Positions 18,607 through 30,293 of a DNA stretch of 64,000 nucleotides are shown piece by piece; the first letter of the stretch is position 1; every line of letters starts with the position of its first letter. Location: NCBI GenBank assembly GCA_023228325.1, contig JALOBK010000001.1, positions 1,925,507-1,989,506 on the forward strand, given 5' to 3'. The notes beneath the pieces were generated by a model. That model searched no databases. It saw nothing but the letters and a program-made list of their open reading frames with translations, and was not told where the DNA came from. A program made the position numbers and the translations under genes. The stretch is from a bacterium (GTDB lineage: Bacteria > Auribacterota > UBA6266).

Positions 18607-19676
18607 AGATATTCTGTCTTCCCTTTTTTCTGTATCAAACTTACAATTTTTTTCACTTCCGGCGCGCTATCCGCCGGACATACCATAACCGCATCCTCTG
18701 TTTTTACCGCTATAACACCATGCATATCCGCCATTCCCAAGGCTCCCTTATCGGATATTGCCACACAATCCCTGCAATTGGACATAAATACATCACCCGA
18801 TATATAATTGCCCGAGGGATCCGGCTTTATAAACCTTTTGAGGCTGGCCCATGTCCCGAGGTCATCCCAGCCGAAATCACCCTCAACCATCGCGATATTC
18901 CGCGATTTCTCCATAAGGGCATAGTCTATGGAATCTTTCACCATTCCCGGATATTCCCTGTTCATCACTTTTCTTATAGAATGTCCGGCGTTCAGGAAAA
19001 GAGACATGCTCTTCCTGTATTGGGGAGCATGCCTGATAAACTCATCGATAAACACATCAGCCCTCCATATAAACATCCCGCTGTTCCATTTTAATCCGCT
19101 TTTCAGATATCTCTTTGCAGCCTGAAGAGAAGGTTTCTCTTTGAATTTTTTTACGGGGAATATCCTGATTTTGTTTTTATTGCATAACTTTTTTCCATAT
19201 TCTATATAGCCATATTCAGTGCTCGGATAATATGGAGTTATTCCCACTGTAACCAGTTTCTTTTCCCTGGACGCAAAACCGGATGCTTCTTTCAGTGTTT
19301 CCAGATAAACGGCCTCGTCGGAAATATAACTGTCCGCGGGAAGCATCAATATCACGGCATCTTTCATTTTCCGAAAAATAATAGCCGCGGCCAGGGCGGC
19401 GCACGGGGCGGTATTCCGTCCGACAGGCTCGGCGATTATATTCCCGCCGGGGATATCCTTAAGCTGTTTCTTCGCCGGGGCAAGCTGTTTGGCGCCTGTA
19501 ATAACAAAAATATTTTGAGGCCTGACAAGTTTTTTAATCCTGGAAACGGAAAGCTGCGCAAGTGTTTTTTGCCCGTAAACCGCAAGGAATTGCTTGGGTG
19601 TCGATTCTCTGCTGCGCGGCCAGAACCTCTCCCCTTTTCCCCCGGCCATTAATACCGCATATATTTTCTTATTCAT
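18603..19676 (-). CDS. manC: mannose-1-phosphate guanylyltransferase (nucleotidyltransferase domain only)
   Basis: LMAGGKGERFWPRSRESTPKQFL motif typical of ManC/CpsB. Confidence 0.8.
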   Translation of the reverse strand: MNKKIYAVLMAGGKGERFWPRSRESTPKQFLAVYGQKTLAQLSVSRIKKLVRPQNIFVITGAKQLAPAKKQLKDIPGGNIIAEPVGRNTAPCAALAAAIIFRKMKDAVILMLPADSYISDEAVYLETLKEASGFASREKKLVTVGITPYYPSTEYGYIEYGKKLCNKNKIRIFPVKKFKEKPSLQAAKRYLKSGLKWNSGMFIWRADVFIDEFIRHAPQYRKSMSLFLNAGHSIRKVMNREYPGMVKDSIDYALMEKSRNIAMVEGDFGWDDLGTWASLKRFIKPDPSGNYISGDVFMSNCRDCVAISDKGALGMADMHGVIAVKTEDAVMVCPADSAPEVKKIVSLIQKKGKTEYL

Positions 19677-19682
19677 TCCTGC

Positions 19683-20489
19683 CTACATAAGCCCTTTTGT
19701 CAGTGATGCAATATATTTTTTCATTACTTTTCCAATATTCGCCGAGTTAATATTATCCTCAATCTTTTTCACAGCGGCGCTTCCCACGACAACCGCATCA
19801 CAATACCCGGATACTTCCTTTACCTGCCCGGGAGTAGAGATGCCGAAACCGACAGCGACAGGTAATTTCGTATGCTTTTTTATCTTTTTCACCATAGACG
19901 GAGCATCCCCGCTTAAATCCTTCCTCGCGCCTGTAACCCCTGTTCTCGAGACACAATATATAAAACCCGAAGAAACCCTGACAATATCCCTTATTCTGTT
20001 TTCGGGAGTAGTCGGGGTTATCAGAAATATTGTTTTGATATTATTTTTTGACGCCAATAAAACATATTCCTCCGCTTCCTCATGGGGAAGGTCCAATATC
20101 AGCACTCCGTCCACCCCGTTTTTGCCGCAATCAAAAATAAATCTTTTTAATCCATAATTTAAGACGGGATTATAATACGTAAAAAGGACCAAAGGGATAT
20201 CTATTTTCCCCTTCCTGATCCTTTTCACAAGATTTAAAACATCTCTCACGGAGGTATGCCGCTTTAAGGATCTTGAAGAAGCTCTCTGTATGGTAGGCCC
20301 GTCGGCCAGCGGATCGGAAAAAGGTATCCCGAGTTCAAGTATATCGACTCCGGCTTTTTCAACCTGGGAAATAATTTTGAAAGAATCGGACATATCGGGA
20401 TCGCCGGCGGTCAGGTAAAGGATAAACCCCTTCCCTGAAGTTTTTCTGAGTTCAGCAAATTTTTTATCTATTCTGTTCATGATAATCAA
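19683..20489 (-). CDS. trpA: tryptophan synthase alpha chain
   Basis: 268-aa TIM barrel; last gene of the trp block; overlaps trpB. Confidence 0.9.
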   Translation of the reverse strand: MIIMNRIDKKFAELRKTSGKGFILYLTAGDPDMSDSFKIISQVEKAGVDILELGIPFSDPLADGPTIQRASSRSLKRHTSVRDVLNLVKRIRKGKIDIPLVLFTYYNPVLNYGLKRFIFDCGKNGVDGVLILDLPHEEAEEYVLLASKNNIKTIFLITPTTPENRIRDIVRVSSGFIYCVSRTGVTGARKDLSGDAPSMVKKIKKHTKLPVAVGFGISTPGQVKEVSGYCDAVVVGSAAVKKIEDNINSANIGKVMKKYIASLTKGLM

Positions 20490-21661
20490 GATATGTAATC
20501 GCCCACAACCTGCACGTCCTTATCGCCTCTGCCTGACAGGTTGATTATTATCAGTTTGTTTCTGCCCAGCTTTTTACGGTTTTTCATTACATACGCTACC
20601 GCATGAGCGCTTTCAAGCGCAGGGATTATACCCTCGTTTTTACATAAAAAAATAAAAGCATTCACCGCATCTTTGTCGGAAACCGCATCGTATTGGATTC
20701 TGCCTTTTTCAAAAAGGTAACTGTGTTCGGGCCCCACACCCGCATAATCCAGGCCGGCTGAGATGGAATGCGTGGTGGATATCTGCCCATTTTCATCCTG
20801 CAGGACATAAGATTTAGAACCGTGCAGAACTCCTATCCGCCCCCCTTTAAAACGAGCGGCGTGCTTTCCTGTTTTAATACCCAGTCCACCGGCTTCGACA
20901 CCTATAAATTTAACTTTTTTATCTTTCAGAAAATTATAGAATAAGCCTATGGAGTTGCTGCCCCCGCCGACACAGGCGACCAGATAATCGGGAAGCCTTC
21001 CCTCTTTCTTCAAAATCTGACTTTTAGCTTCCACACCGATAATCTTCTGAAAATCCCTTACAATCATAGGATAAGGGTGCGGGCCGCCGACAGAACCCAG
21101 GATATAATGAGTATGGCGCACATTCGTTACCCAATCCCTGATTGCCTCATTCATTGCATCCTTCAGCGTTCTGCTCCCCGATTTAACGCTGATAACATTA
21201 GCTCCCAGAAGGTTCATCCTGAATACATTGAGGTTCTGCCTGTGAATATCCTCTTCTCCCATATATATCTCGCATTTTATGCCGAACATTGCGGAAACGG
21301 TGGCAGCGGCGACACCATGCTGTCCCGCCCCTGTTTCCGCTATTATCCGTTTCTTCCCCATCCTTCTGGCAAGAAGTATCTGTCCGATAGTGTTATTGAT
21401 TTTATGGGCTCCCGTATGAAGCAGATCTTCCCTCTTAAGATAAATCTTATGCCCGAGTTTCCGCGATAACCTTTCCGCATAGTAAAGAGGCGTAGGCCTG
21501 CCGGCATATTCATGAAGATAATAATTCAACTCGTCCTTAAATGATTTTTCTTTTATGCATTTCCTGTAACATATCTCAAGCTCGGCGAGCGCATTCATTA
21601 ACGTTTCAGGCACAAACTTGCCGCCGAATTTTCCGAACATTCCTCTTTTATCGGGATTCAT
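20486..21661 (-). CDS. trpB: tryptophan synthase beta chain
   Basis: PLP fold with HTGAHKINN lysine motif. Confidence 0.95.
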   Translation of the reverse strand: MNPDKRGMFGKFGGKFVPETLMNALAELEICYRKCIKEKSFKDELNYYLHEYAGRPTPLYYAERLSRKLGHKIYLKREDLLHTGAHKINNTIGQILLARRMGKKRIIAETGAGQHGVAAATVSAMFGIKCEIYMGEEDIHRQNLNVFRMNLLGANVISVKSGSRTLKDAMNEAIRDWVTNVRHTHYILGSVGGPHPYPMIVRDFQKIIGVEAKSQILKKEGRLPDYLVACVGGGSNSIGLFYNFLKDKKVKFIGVEAGGLGIKTGKHAARFKGGRIGVLHGSKSYVLQDENGQISTTHSISAGLDYAGVGPEHSYLFEKGRIQYDAVSDKDAVNAFIFLCKNEGIIPALESAHAVAYVMKNRKKLGRNKLIIINLSGRGDKDVQVVGDYIS

Positions 21662-21678
21662 TGTTGAAATTTCCTTCT

Positions 21679-22308
21679 TTAAAATATTAGCGCTTTTTTC
21701 GCAAGATTAATGAAATCCTTCATTTTAGCGTGATCTTTTATCCCTGGAGATTTTTCAATCCCGCTGGATACATCCACGGCGTCAGGCTTAACCGTCATCA
21801 AAGCCCCTATAAGATTTCCTATTTTAAGGCCCCCTGACAGGATAACAGCTTTGTTCTCCCTTCTTAGAGAAGATACTATATGCCAGTCAAATGCATGTCC
21901 TGTCCCGCCCCTTTTATTCTTATCGTAAGCATCCAGGAGTATGAAATCAGTCGCGGAATATTTTTCTATCTCCTGAATATCATCTTTACCTGAAACCCTG
22001 AAGGCTTTGATTATCTTGCGCCCGAAATTACCGCAGAACTCCGGTGTCTCATCGCCGTGAAACTGAAGATAATCGAGATCACAAAAATCCGCAATCCGCC
22101 GTATTTCCCTCTCATCTTCATTTACAAACACACCCACAGTTGTGACAAATGGAGGTAAAGACCTGATAATTTTTCTTGCTTCGTCCGGTTTTATTTTTCT
22201 CGGGCTGTCTGCGAAAACAAAACCGAGCGCATCGGCCCCGTAAGCGCACGCCGCATCCGCGTCTTCAAAATTTGTAATCCCGCAGATTTTGACTCTTATC
22301 ATAACCAA
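21679..22308 (-). CDS. trpF: phosphoribosylanthranilate isomerase
   Basis: KICGIT N-terminus; about 209-aa TIM barrel; operon position. Confidence 0.85.
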   Translation of the reverse strand: MVMIRVKICGITNFEDADAACAYGADALGFVFADSPRKIKPDEARKIIRSLPPFVTTVGVFVNEDEREIRRIADFCDLDYLQFHGDETPEFCGNFGRKIIKAFRVSGKDDIQEIEKYSATDFILLDAYDKNKRGGTGHAFDWHIVSSLRRENKAVILSGGLKIGNLIGALMTVKPDAVDVSSGIEKSPGIKDHAKMKDFINLAKKALIF

Positions 22309-22312
22309 CCCT

Positions 22313-23128
22313 TTAATGTTTTGAAATTTTAAACGCTTTTATCATCGCCTTCTTATCTTTTTCCTTCATAAGGGATTCCCCGACCAGTACAGCGTCAGCC
22401 CCCGCGTTAGCGACGCGCATTACATCCGATTTTGAAGAAAAACCGCTTTCGGATATTTTTATGATGCCTTCCGGGATTTCAGGCAAAAGTTTTTCCGATG
22501 TTCCGATATCTATCTTAAAATCGTTCAGGTTCCTGTTGTTTATACCGATGATTTTTATCCCGTTGATGCCAATAACATTATTCAGCTCATATTCGTCATG
22601 GACTTCAACGATTACATCAAGATACAGATTAAACGATATGTCCAGCATCTCTTTAATTTTATCTTTCGAAACGGCTTTTGCTATTAAAAGCACGGCATCA
22701 GCCCCGGCAGCCTTGCTCTCATAAAGCTGATAAGTGTCTATAATAAAATCCTTCCTTAACACAGGCAGTTTAGTATTAACCTTTATATTGACCATGTCGT
22801 CCAGAGAACCTTTAAAATATTTTTCATCTGTCAACACCGATATCGCATCAGCTCCGCCCTCTTCATACTGGGAAACAATGGAAACAGGGTCATAGGAATC
22901 GACTATATCGCCTTTTGAAGGTGAGGCTTTTTTTAATTCTGCGACGACGGATATAAAATCATCCTGATTTATCGCGGCGGCAAACGGCCTGGTCAAAGGC
23001 GCCATTTCGCATTTATCTTTCAGGATCTCCAGAGGTAATTTCTTTTTTCTTTCTTTAATTTCCTGTTCCTTATATTTTAATATTTCTTCAAGTATCATAA
23101 GCCGTTTATCCCCTGTTGGTAAAAGCAA
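22313..23128 (-). CDS. trpC: indole-3-glycerol phosphate synthase
   Basis: AEIKKASPSKG-type motif (VVAELKKASPSKGDI). Confidence 0.9.
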   Translation of the reverse strand: MLLPTGDKRLMILEEILKYKEQEIKERKKKLPLEILKDKCEMAPLTRPFAAAINQDDFISVVAELKKASPSKGDIVDSYDPVSIVSQYEEGGADAISVLTDEKYFKGSLDDMVNIKVNTKLPVLRKDFIIDTYQLYESKAAGADAVLLIAKAVSKDKIKEMLDISFNLYLDVIVEVHDEYELNNVIGINGIKIIGINNRNLNDFKIDIGTSEKLLPEIPEGIIKISESGFSSKSDVMRVANAGADAVLVGESLMKEKDKKAMIKAFKISKH

Positions 23129-24119
23129 TCAATGATTTAAGTTTATTATACGCCCTGCCCGAATCAATGGATTCAACCGCCATGGATATCGATTCATCCA
23201 TATCCTTCCCTTTCCCCGCGCACATTATAGCCGCGCCCGCATTTAATAATACAATATCCCTGGGCGCCGATTTTTCACCTTTGAGCACAGATAAAAGTAT
23301 ACGCGTGTTGTAATCCGCGTCTCCTCCTTTTATATCATTTACGGAAGCTGTTTTGAAACCGTAATCTCCCGGATTTATTTCGTAATCTTTTACTTTCCCG
23401 TTGTTCAGTTCCGAAACAAATGTCCTGTCCGTAATTGTAATCTCGTCTATGCCGTCCATGCCGTGGACCACCATCGCCCTTCTTGTGCCTAATTTGTTCA
23501 AAACTTCGGCTAAAATACGAGTGTATTGCCTGTTAAAAACACCTATGAGCTGATATTCGGCCGATGCGGGATTTGTAATAGGCCCGAGTATATTAAAAAT
23601 TGTCCTTGTCTTCAGTTCTTTCCTGGGGCCGGTCGCAAACCGCATGGCAGGATGAAATGACGGGGCAAACAAAAAACCTATACCGACCTTGTCAATACAA
23701 TCTGCAACCCCGGTTTCGTCAATGTTTACATTTACTCCCGCTTTCAGTAAAACATCCGCGCTCCCGCATTTGCTTGAAACAGCCTTATTGCCGTGTTTCG
23801 CGACCTTAATACCGGCCCCCGCGGCAACAAAAGCGGTTACTGTTGATATGTTAAACGTATCGGCCCCGTCGCCGCCGGTCCCGCATGTATCCAGCACATC
23901 ATCTGTTATGTTTATTTTTTTCGCCTCTTTTCTCATGGCCAGCGCGCTGCCGGTAATCTCATCAATACTCTCGCCTTTCATTTTCAAGGCAATCAGGTAA
24001 CCGGCTATCTGGGAAGGCAAAACGCTGCCGTGCATGATCTGGCTCATCACATCAAATGATTCTTCAACGGTCAGGTTCTGCTTCTCCGCAATTTTCGAAA
24101 TAGCTTCTGTTATATCCAT
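23106..24119 (-). CDS. trpD: anthranilate phosphoribosyltransferase
   Basis: CGTGGDG motif (LDTCGTGGDGADTFNIST). Confidence 0.9.
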   Translation of the reverse strand: MDITEAISKIAEKQNLTVEESFDVMSQIMHGSVLPSQIAGYLIALKMKGESIDEITGSALAMRKEAKKINITDDVLDTCGTGGDGADTFNISTVTAFVAAGAGIKVAKHGNKAVSSKCGSADVLLKAGVNVNIDETGVADCIDKVGIGFLFAPSFHPAMRFATGPRKELKTRTIFNILGPITNPASAEYQLIGVFNRQYTRILAEVLNKLGTRRAMVVHGMDGIDEITITDRTFVSELNNGKVKDYEINPGDYGFKTASVNDIKGGDADYNTRILLSVLKGEKSAPRDIVLLNAGAAIMCAGKGKDMDESISMAVESIDSGRAYNKLKSLIAFTNRG

Positions 24120-24122
24120 ATA

Positions 24123-25058
24123 TTATAATCCCAATAATGATTTTACTTCGGGAAGCGCCTTTAACCCCGCTTCCTTTCCGTGTTCTATTATGTCTTTCAT
24201 CCTGAAATAACCCATCGGCGGAACATTGCTGACATCGGGATATATCACATAATCGGGTTTATCTTTTTTAAGCCTGAGAGCGGCTATATTATCCTCCATA
24301 ATATATATTGAATTTATTACAACATCAAACATATTAATATTGTCTTTTTCCGCCTGATCCTCCGCCGAAGCTTCGTCTTTTATATTTGAAAGGAAATCAT
24401 CGACTTTATTTTTAACATCCTCAGGCGAAGGGATAACCCCGTTTTTCCTGCTCCGGTTTATCACAATCTCCTTATTGTAATTTTTGACTTCGGTATTGAC
24501 TTTGACTCCTATCGCAATGATATCTTTATCAATCGACTTCAGAATAGAAACAGGGACAGGGTTCATTATGCTCCCGTCCACAAGGTGCTTTCCGTCAATT
24601 TTTACCGGAATAAATACGCCCGGAATGGAGATACTCGCTCTTACGGCCTGAATCAGGTTTCCCCGGGACAGTATAACTTCCTCGCCGGAAAGAATATCGG
24701 CGGCAACGACCGCAAGAGGTATATCCAGATCTTCAAATGTTTTATTGCCCAGAAAATAAAAAAGGAATTTCTCAATATTATATCCGCTTATCAAACCCAG
24801 CCGCGAAGGCTTCGGCATGAAAAGACTTATTATCTGTTTCTTATCCAGAGAAAGAAGCAGCTCCTCAAATTCTTTCATCGGAAAAGAAGAACAGTATACG
24901 GCGCCGATCAATGCCCCGATACTTGTTCCGCAAACACAATCAAATCTTATGCCGTTTTCTTCGAATACCCTGAGGACCCCTATATGAGAAAGACCTTTTG
25001 CGGCGCCGCTCCCGAGAGCTATTCCTATCTTTTTCTTTTTTTTCTTTAAAAAAAACAC
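24123..25058 (-). CDS. patatin-like phospholipase
   Basis: GIALGSGAAKG glycine-rich oxyanion loop and GTSIG nucleophile elbow (GxSxG); sits 4 bp from trpD and 39 bp from trpG. Confidence 0.8.
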   Translation of the reverse strand: MFFLKKKKKKIGIALGSGAAKGLSHIGVLRVFEENGIRFDCVCGTSIGALIGAVYCSSFPMKEFEELLLSLDKKQIISLFMPKPSRLGLISGYNIEKFLFYFLGNKTFEDLDIPLAVVAADILSGEEVILSRGNLIQAVRASISIPGVFIPVKIDGKHLVDGSIMNPVPVSILKSIDKDIIAIGVKVNTEVKNYNKEIVINRSRKNGVIPSPEDVKNKVDDFLSNIKDEASAEDQAEKDNINMFDVVINSIYIMEDNIAALRLKKDKPDYVIYPDVSNVPPMGYFRMKDIIEHGKEAGLKALPEVKSLLGL

Positions 25059-25097
25059 CCTGCCGCCCTTATATAATGCCGGAAAAACCGGCTGTTT

Positions 25098-25661
25098 TTA
25101 AAGTTTCAGGAAATTATTGATTATTTTTTTTCCTTCTTTGGTCAATACCGATTCCGGATGGAACTGGACGCCCCATACCGGAAATTTCCTGTGTTTTACG
25201 GCCATTATTTCCTTTTCTTTTGTTACGGCGGTAATATCCAGGCAATCAGGAACGCTGTCCTTCCCGATTACAAGGGAATGATATCTTGTGGCGATAAACG
25301 GGTTCTCCACATTTTCGAAAATATCTTTGCCGTTATGATAAATCATCGAAGTTTTACCGTGCATGAGTTTATCCGCCCTAACTATTTTTCCCCCAAAGGC
25401 CTCCCCTATACATTGATGGCCCAGGCATACTCCGAGAATAGGTTTTTTACCCGACATTTTTCTTATCAGCTCAACGGAAATGCCCGCTTCACGGGGGGTG
25501 CATGGTCCGGGCGAAATAATCAGCTTCTCAAACTTTATCTTTTCAACGTCTTCTACGGAAATCTTATCGTTGCGGTATACAAGCGGAGTATAACCCAATT
25601 CTCCTATATACTGGACGATGTTATATGTAAAGGAATCGTAATTATCTATCAATAAAATCAT
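25098..25661 (-). CDS. trpG: anthranilate synthase component II (glutamine amidotransferase)
   Basis: class-I GATase: GVCLGHQ Cys motif, HPES His-Glu. Confidence 0.9.
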   Translation of the reverse strand: MILLIDNYDSFTYNIVQYIGELGYTPLVYRNDKISVEDVEKIKFEKLIISPGPCTPREAGISVELIRKMSGKKPILGVCLGHQCIGEAFGGKIVRADKLMHGKTSMIYHNGKDIFENVENPFIATRYHSLVIGKDSVPDCLDITAVTKEKEIMAVKHRKFPVWGVQFHPESVLTKEGKKIINNFLKL

Positions 25662-25674
25662 ACTGTTCTCCGGA

Positions 25675-27156
25675 TTAGTTTTTAAACATTTCAGCCAATT
25701 CCACGGCTTTTACCATAGCTTTCGCTTTATTAACGGTTTCAAAAAATTCTTTTTCAGGGACCGAATCCGCGACAATCCCCGCCCCCGCCTGAATAAACGC
25801 TTTTTTCCCCTTAACAACCATTGTCCTTATGGCAATGGCAGAATCCAGGTTTCCCGAAAAACTGAAATATCCGATTGCCCCCGAGTATATCCCTCTCTTA
25901 TCTTTTTCAAGCTCGTCTATTATCTGCATAGCTCTTATCTTGGGCGCGCCGCTCACTGTTCCTGCGGGAAATGTCGCTTTCACCAGGTCATAGATATCAA
26001 ATCCCCTTTTCAGTTTCCCGTTGATATCAGAAACTATATGCATAACATGAGAATATTTTTCGATTACCATAAGTTCTTTGACTTTCACGGAACCGGGATT
26101 GCAGACTCTCCCTATATCGTTTCTGCCCAGATCAACGAGCATTATATGTTCCGCTTTTTCTTTTTCGTCTTTGAGTAATCCTGTCTGCAGTTTCAGGTCT
26201 TCTTCTTCGCTGGAGCCTCTTATCCTGGTTCCCGCTATAGGCCTCAGCTCGACATTGCCGTCTTCACATCTCACATGCACTTCGGGGGAAGAACCTATGA
26301 TTCCGATATCCCCCAGTTTAAGATAGAACATATAAGGAGACGGGTTGACAGACCTTAATGCCCTGTAAAGATTGAACTCCGATGTCTTGAAATCAACACA
26401 AAATCTCTGGGATAAGACAACCTGAATGATATCTCCCGCCTTTATATATTCCTTTGCTTTTTTAACAATACTCTCAAAATTTACCTTGGTCATATTTGAT
26501 TTCACTCTTGATTTCTTAACAGGAATATACGATTCAGCGGGAAGCGGCTTTAAAGGTTTCCTGAGTTTTGATATCACCGTGTTTATTTTCTTTACCGCAT
26601 TATCATACGCTTTAGCCGGGCTGTCCTTAATAAACGCGTTGCCTACAACTTTCATGGTATGGTTGACATGGTCAAATATCACGATGGTATCCGTTATCAT
26701 GAAGAGACTATCGGGAAAACCGAGAGTATCCGTATTTGAATCCGGAACTTTCGGCTCAAAAAAACGCACTGAGTCATATGAGATATAACCCACGGCGCCG
26801 CCGTAAAAACGCGGCAACCGGCTGTCTTCAACAGGCTTATACCCGGACATAAGATGTTTTAGTTCGTCAAGCGGAGTTTTAGATGTTCTGAAAATTCTCT
26901 TTTTCCCTTCCTCCAATATGGTAATTTCATTACCCTTGGATGAAAAAACAAGAGTGGGATCGGCTCCCAAAAAGGAATATCTCGCGATATTTTCGCCGCC
27001 TTCAACGCTTTCAAGCAGAAATCCGTATTCTTTCGACGCGATTTTCCTGTAGGCGGAAACAGGCGTTTCCATATCCGCAAGGATTTCCTTGAAGACCGGA
27101 ATAAGATTACCTCTCTTCGCTTTTTTGATAAACATTTTTTTGTCGGGATAAAACAT
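25675..27156 (-). CDS. trpE: anthranilate synthase component I
   Basis: 493-aa chorismate-binding enzyme; operon context with trpG. Confidence 0.9.
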   Translation of the reverse strand: MFYPDKKMFIKKAKRGNLIPVFKEILADMETPVSAYRKIASKEYGFLLESVEGGENIARYSFLGADPTLVFSSKGNEITILEEGKKRIFRTSKTPLDELKHLMSGYKPVEDSRLPRFYGGAVGYISYDSVRFFEPKVPDSNTDTLGFPDSLFMITDTIVIFDHVNHTMKVVGNAFIKDSPAKAYDNAVKKINTVISKLRKPLKPLPAESYIPVKKSRVKSNMTKVNFESIVKKAKEYIKAGDIIQVVLSQRFCVDFKTSEFNLYRALRSVNPSPYMFYLKLGDIGIIGSSPEVHVRCEDGNVELRPIAGTRIRGSSEEEDLKLQTGLLKDEKEKAEHIMLVDLGRNDIGRVCNPGSVKVKELMVIEKYSHVMHIVSDINGKLKRGFDIYDLVKATFPAGTVSGAPKIRAMQIIDELEKDKRGIYSGAIGYFSFSGNLDSAIAIRTMVVKGKKAFIQAGAGIVADSVPEKEFFETVNKAKAMVKAVELAEMFKN

Positions 27157-27167
27157 ATATTTATAAC

Positions 27168-27563
27168 CTATCCATTCTTTTTGCCGTAAACCTCGCCGGG
27201 GTCAAAAATCTTTTTCCCGCACTCTTTCCATTCCCCGTTGACATATTTATTAAAGAAACAGCTTCTGTAGCCCGTATGACAGGCCGCGCCGCCTTTTTGT
27301 TCAACTTTAAAAAGCAGGCAATCCCTGTCACAGTCAACCCTTATTTCTTTCACAACCTGTATATTACCGGACGTTTCGCCTTTTACCCAGAATTTCTGTC
27401 TCGATCTGCTCCAGTAAGTCATCTTCCCCGATTCTATAGTTCTTTTCAGAGATTCCCCGTTCATATATGCCACCATCAATACTTCATTATCCGAAACATC
27501 CACCACAACGGCCGGGATCAATCCATCTGAATCATACTTCATGTCCTTTATAATGTTATCCAT
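27168..27563 (-). CDS. hisI: phosphoribosyl-AMP cyclohydrolase (monofunctional)
   Basis: [10 protein letters not shown] zinc-binding signature; 131 aa, no HisE domain. Confidence 0.85.
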   Translation of the reverse strand: MDNIIKDMKYDSDGLIPAVVVDVSDNEVLMVAYMNGESLKRTIESGKMTYWSRSRQKFWVKGETSGNIQVVKEIRVDCDRDCLLFKVEQKGGAACHTGYRSCFFNKYVNGEWKECGKKIFDPGEVYGKKNG

Positions 27564-27589
27564 TAATTTCCCTCCGTGACATTACATTT

Positions 27590-28348
27590 TTATATTCTTA
27601 CCGGTATCCCTTTCCTCATCAGGTACTCTTTTACCGCCGGCACTGATAATTTATTATAATGGAATATCGATGCCGCTAAAGCGGCATCGGCAAAACCCTC
27701 ATTAAATACCCTGTATATATGTTCCGCATTCCCTGCGCCCCCGGAAGCTATAACGGGTATGGAAACGGCTTTAGAAACTGTTTTTGTCAGTTCGATGTCG
27801 TATCCATCGGTTGTTCCGTCAGCATCCATGCTGGTCAGCAATATTTCCCCGGCGCCTAAAGACTCGATTTCTTTCGCCCAGAGAACCGCGTCTTTTTCAA
27901 CGGGCGTCCTGCCGCCGTTAATAAATATCTTCCACAGTCCGGGACCCTGCATTTTGGCGTCTATCGCTACGACAATGCACTGAGAGCCGAAAATCGAAGA
28001 GGCTTTTTTTATAAAGCGGGGATCCCTGACCGCCGGCGTATTTATTGAGACTTTGTCGGCGCCATTATTCAGCAGCTGCCGTATATCCTCTATTGTGCTT
28101 ATGCCGCCCCCTACGGTTAAAGGTATAAAACATTTTTCAGCTGTTTTCCTGACAACTTCAATCATTATTTTCCTTTTCTCGTGGGATGCTGTAATATCAA
28201 GGAAAACAAGTTCATCGGCATTCATTTTATTGTAAATCCCGGCAATTTCAACAGGATCTCCGGCATCTTTCAAACCCTCGAAATTAATACCCTTGACTAC
28301 CCTGCCTTCCTTAACATCAAGACACGGTATTATTCTTTTAGCAAGCAT
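27590..28348 (-). CDS. hisF: imidazole glycerol phosphate synthase cyclase subunit
   Basis: [16 protein letters not shown]-terminus (start adjusted from the track value 28390). Confidence 0.9.
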   Translation of the reverse strand: MLAKRIIPCLDVKEGRVVKGINFEGLKDAGDPVEIAGIYNKMNADELVFLDITASHEKRKIMIEVVRKTAEKCFIPLTVGGGISTIEDIRQLLNNGADKVSINTPAVRDPRFIKKASSIFGSQCIVVAIDAKMQGPGLWKIFINGGRTPVEKDAVLWAKEIESLGAGEILLTSMDADGTTDGYDIELTKTVSKAVSIPVIASGGAGNAEHIYRVFNEGFADAALAASIFHYNKLSVPAVKEYLMRKGIPVRI

Positions 28349-29069
28349 CCGCAATCTCCAAAGCTTCCCGCAGTGAAAAGCGTTCATCATAAAGCGCTTT
28401 GCCTATTATAACCCCTTTTAAACCGATTCCGGAAAGACCGGACAATTTTCTGATATCGGCAAGGGTGCCGATGCCGCCGGAAGCGATTACCTTGATATTG
28501 TTTTCCGTTATGATTTTTCTGCACCCTTCTATATTCGGCCCGGCCAGCATGCCGTCTTTGGAAATATCGGTATATATTATTTCATCAAACCCCAGATTTT
28601 TTATAAGCTTTACGAAATCCGGCGCTTTTAAGGATGATTTTTCCAGCCATCCTTTCTTCACTACAAAACCGTCTTCAACATCAACCGATATTATTACCCT
28701 GCCCGGAAAGGCCTTCTTTATATTTTCTATAAAAGCCCTGTTTTCGCATGCGGATGTTCCCAATACAACTCTTCTGGCCCCGGCCGCCAGATAATTTTCA
28801 ATCGCATCTGAATCCCTTATGCCGCCCCCGATTTCAACCGGTATGTTTATCTGATTTAATATCTCAACAACCAGATCAAAATGGACCGGAGACCCTTTGA
28901 AAGCGCCGTCAAGGTCCACAATATGAAGAAAGCCCGCGCCTTCATTTTCCCATTTTTTCGCGATCGTTACCGGGGAGTCGGAATATTTCGTAAGTTTTTC
29001 GGCCCTGCCCTGCTGTAACCTTACGCATTTGCCGCCTGCTATGTCAATCGCGGGTATTATAATCATCAT
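28338..29069 (-). CDS. hisA: ProFAR isomerase
   Basis: IIPAIDI...GG TIM-barrel signature; operon position. Confidence 0.9.
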   Translation of the reverse strand: MMIIIPAIDIAGGKCVRLQQGRAEKLTKYSDSPVTIAKKWENEGAGFLHIVDLDGAFKGSPVHFDLVVEILNQINIPVEIGGGIRDSDAIENYLAAGARRVVLGTSACENRAFIENIKKAFPGRVIISVDVEDGFVVKKGWLEKSSLKAPDFVKLIKNLGFDEIIYTDISKDGMLAGPNIEGCRKIITENNIKVIASGGIGTLADIRKLSGLSGIGLKGVIIGKALYDERFSLREALEIADAC

Positions 29070-29683
29070 TTCACCGTTCCGATAAAATTTTTTATTATTT
29101 TTAAACCGTTATCCTGGCTTTTCTCGGGATGAAACTGACAGGCGAAAATATTGTCCGTAAAAACAGAAGACGCGAAACGTTCGCCGTACTCAGTCCATGA
29201 AGACACGGATTCCCTGTCCACGGGATCCACATAATAAGAATGCACGAAATAAAAAAAGTCCCCATTCTTCACTCCTTTGAAAAGAGGACAGTTGATTCCT
29301 CTTTCCGGAAGTTCCAGCGTATTCCAACCCATATGAGGTATTTTCTCCGCATTCCTGAATTTGACGACATTGCCTTTCAAGATACCAAGACCTCTTTCCG
29401 TCCCCTCCTCACTGCCTTCGAATAAAACCTGATAACCCAGGCAAATCCCGAAAAACGGCCTGCCCGACATTATAAAATTAATTATACTTTTATCCAATCC
29501 GGATTTTTTAATGTTTATTACACAGTCATCAAATGCCCCTACCCCCGGGACAACCAGGGCATCGGAAGATTCAATTTCATGTTTATCATCGCTCAGCAAG
29601 GCGCGCGAACCCATACATTCAAACGCCTTCTGAACGCTCCTTAAATTTCCCATCCCATAATCAAGAATCGCTATTTTTTTCAT
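29066..29683 (-). CDS. hisH: imidazole glycerol phosphate synthase glutaminase subunit
   Basis: GATase GICLGYQ Cys motif and HPEKS. Confidence 0.9.
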   Translation of the reverse strand: MKKIAILDYGMGNLRSVQKAFECMGSRALLSDDKHEIESSDALVVPGVGAFDDCVINIKKSGLDKSIINFIMSGRPFFGICLGYQVLFEGSEEGTERGLGILKGNVVKFRNAEKIPHMGWNTLELPERGINCPLFKGVKNGDFFYFVHSYYVDPVDRESVSSWTEYGERFASSVFTDNIFACQFHPEKSQDNGLKIIKNFIGTVK

Positions 29684-29693
29684 TTTTAAAATC

Positions 29694-30281
29694 TCAAAGC
29701 CTGCCTTTTGTCGAAGGAGCGCCTTTAACTCTCCTGTCTATCTTTACCGCTTCACGGAAAACTTTAGCCAGGGATTTAAAAACCGCTTCATATATGTGAT
29801 GCAAATCCTCGCCGTGAATAAGCAACAGGTGAAGCGTAACTCCGGAATTCATAACAAAAGCCCTCATAAATTCTTTTACCAGAGAAACATTGAAAGTCCC
29901 GAGTTTTACCTGTCTTGTCTTGACTTTATAATCCAGATAAGGCCTGCCGCTGATATCAAGAGACGCCTCAACCAATGCTTCATCCATGGGAACCCGCGCC
30001 GAGCAAAAACGTGTAATCTCCGATTTTTTTCCGAGCGCTTTGCGTATGGCGGTGCCCAGGACTATGCCTATATCCTCAACCGTATGGTGAAAATCAACAT
30101 GGACATCCCCCTTTGCAATTATTTCAATGTCCATTAAGGAATGTTTTGAAAAAAGTTCCAGCATATGATCCAGAAATCCTATCCCTGTCGAGATATTGCT
30201 TATACCTTTCCCGTCTAAATTAACTTTAACTGCTATATCTGTTTCCCTGGTTTTTCTTTTTTCAAGGGCGGTTCTTTTCAT
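29694..30281 (-). CDS. hisB: imidazoleglycerol-phosphate dehydratase
   Basis: TRETDI...GIGFLDHML and HH motifs. Confidence 0.9.
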   Translation of the reverse strand: MKRTALEKRKTRETDIAVKVNLDGKGISNISTGIGFLDHMLELFSKHSLMDIEIIAKGDVHVDFHHTVEDIGIVLGTAIRKALGKKSEITRFCSARVPMDEALVEASLDISGRPYLDYKVKTRQVKLGTFNVSLVKEFMRAFVMNSGVTLHLLLIHGEDLHHIYEAVFKSLAKVFREAVKIDRRVKGAPSTKGRL

Positions 30282-30293
30282 TTACCCCTCCGT

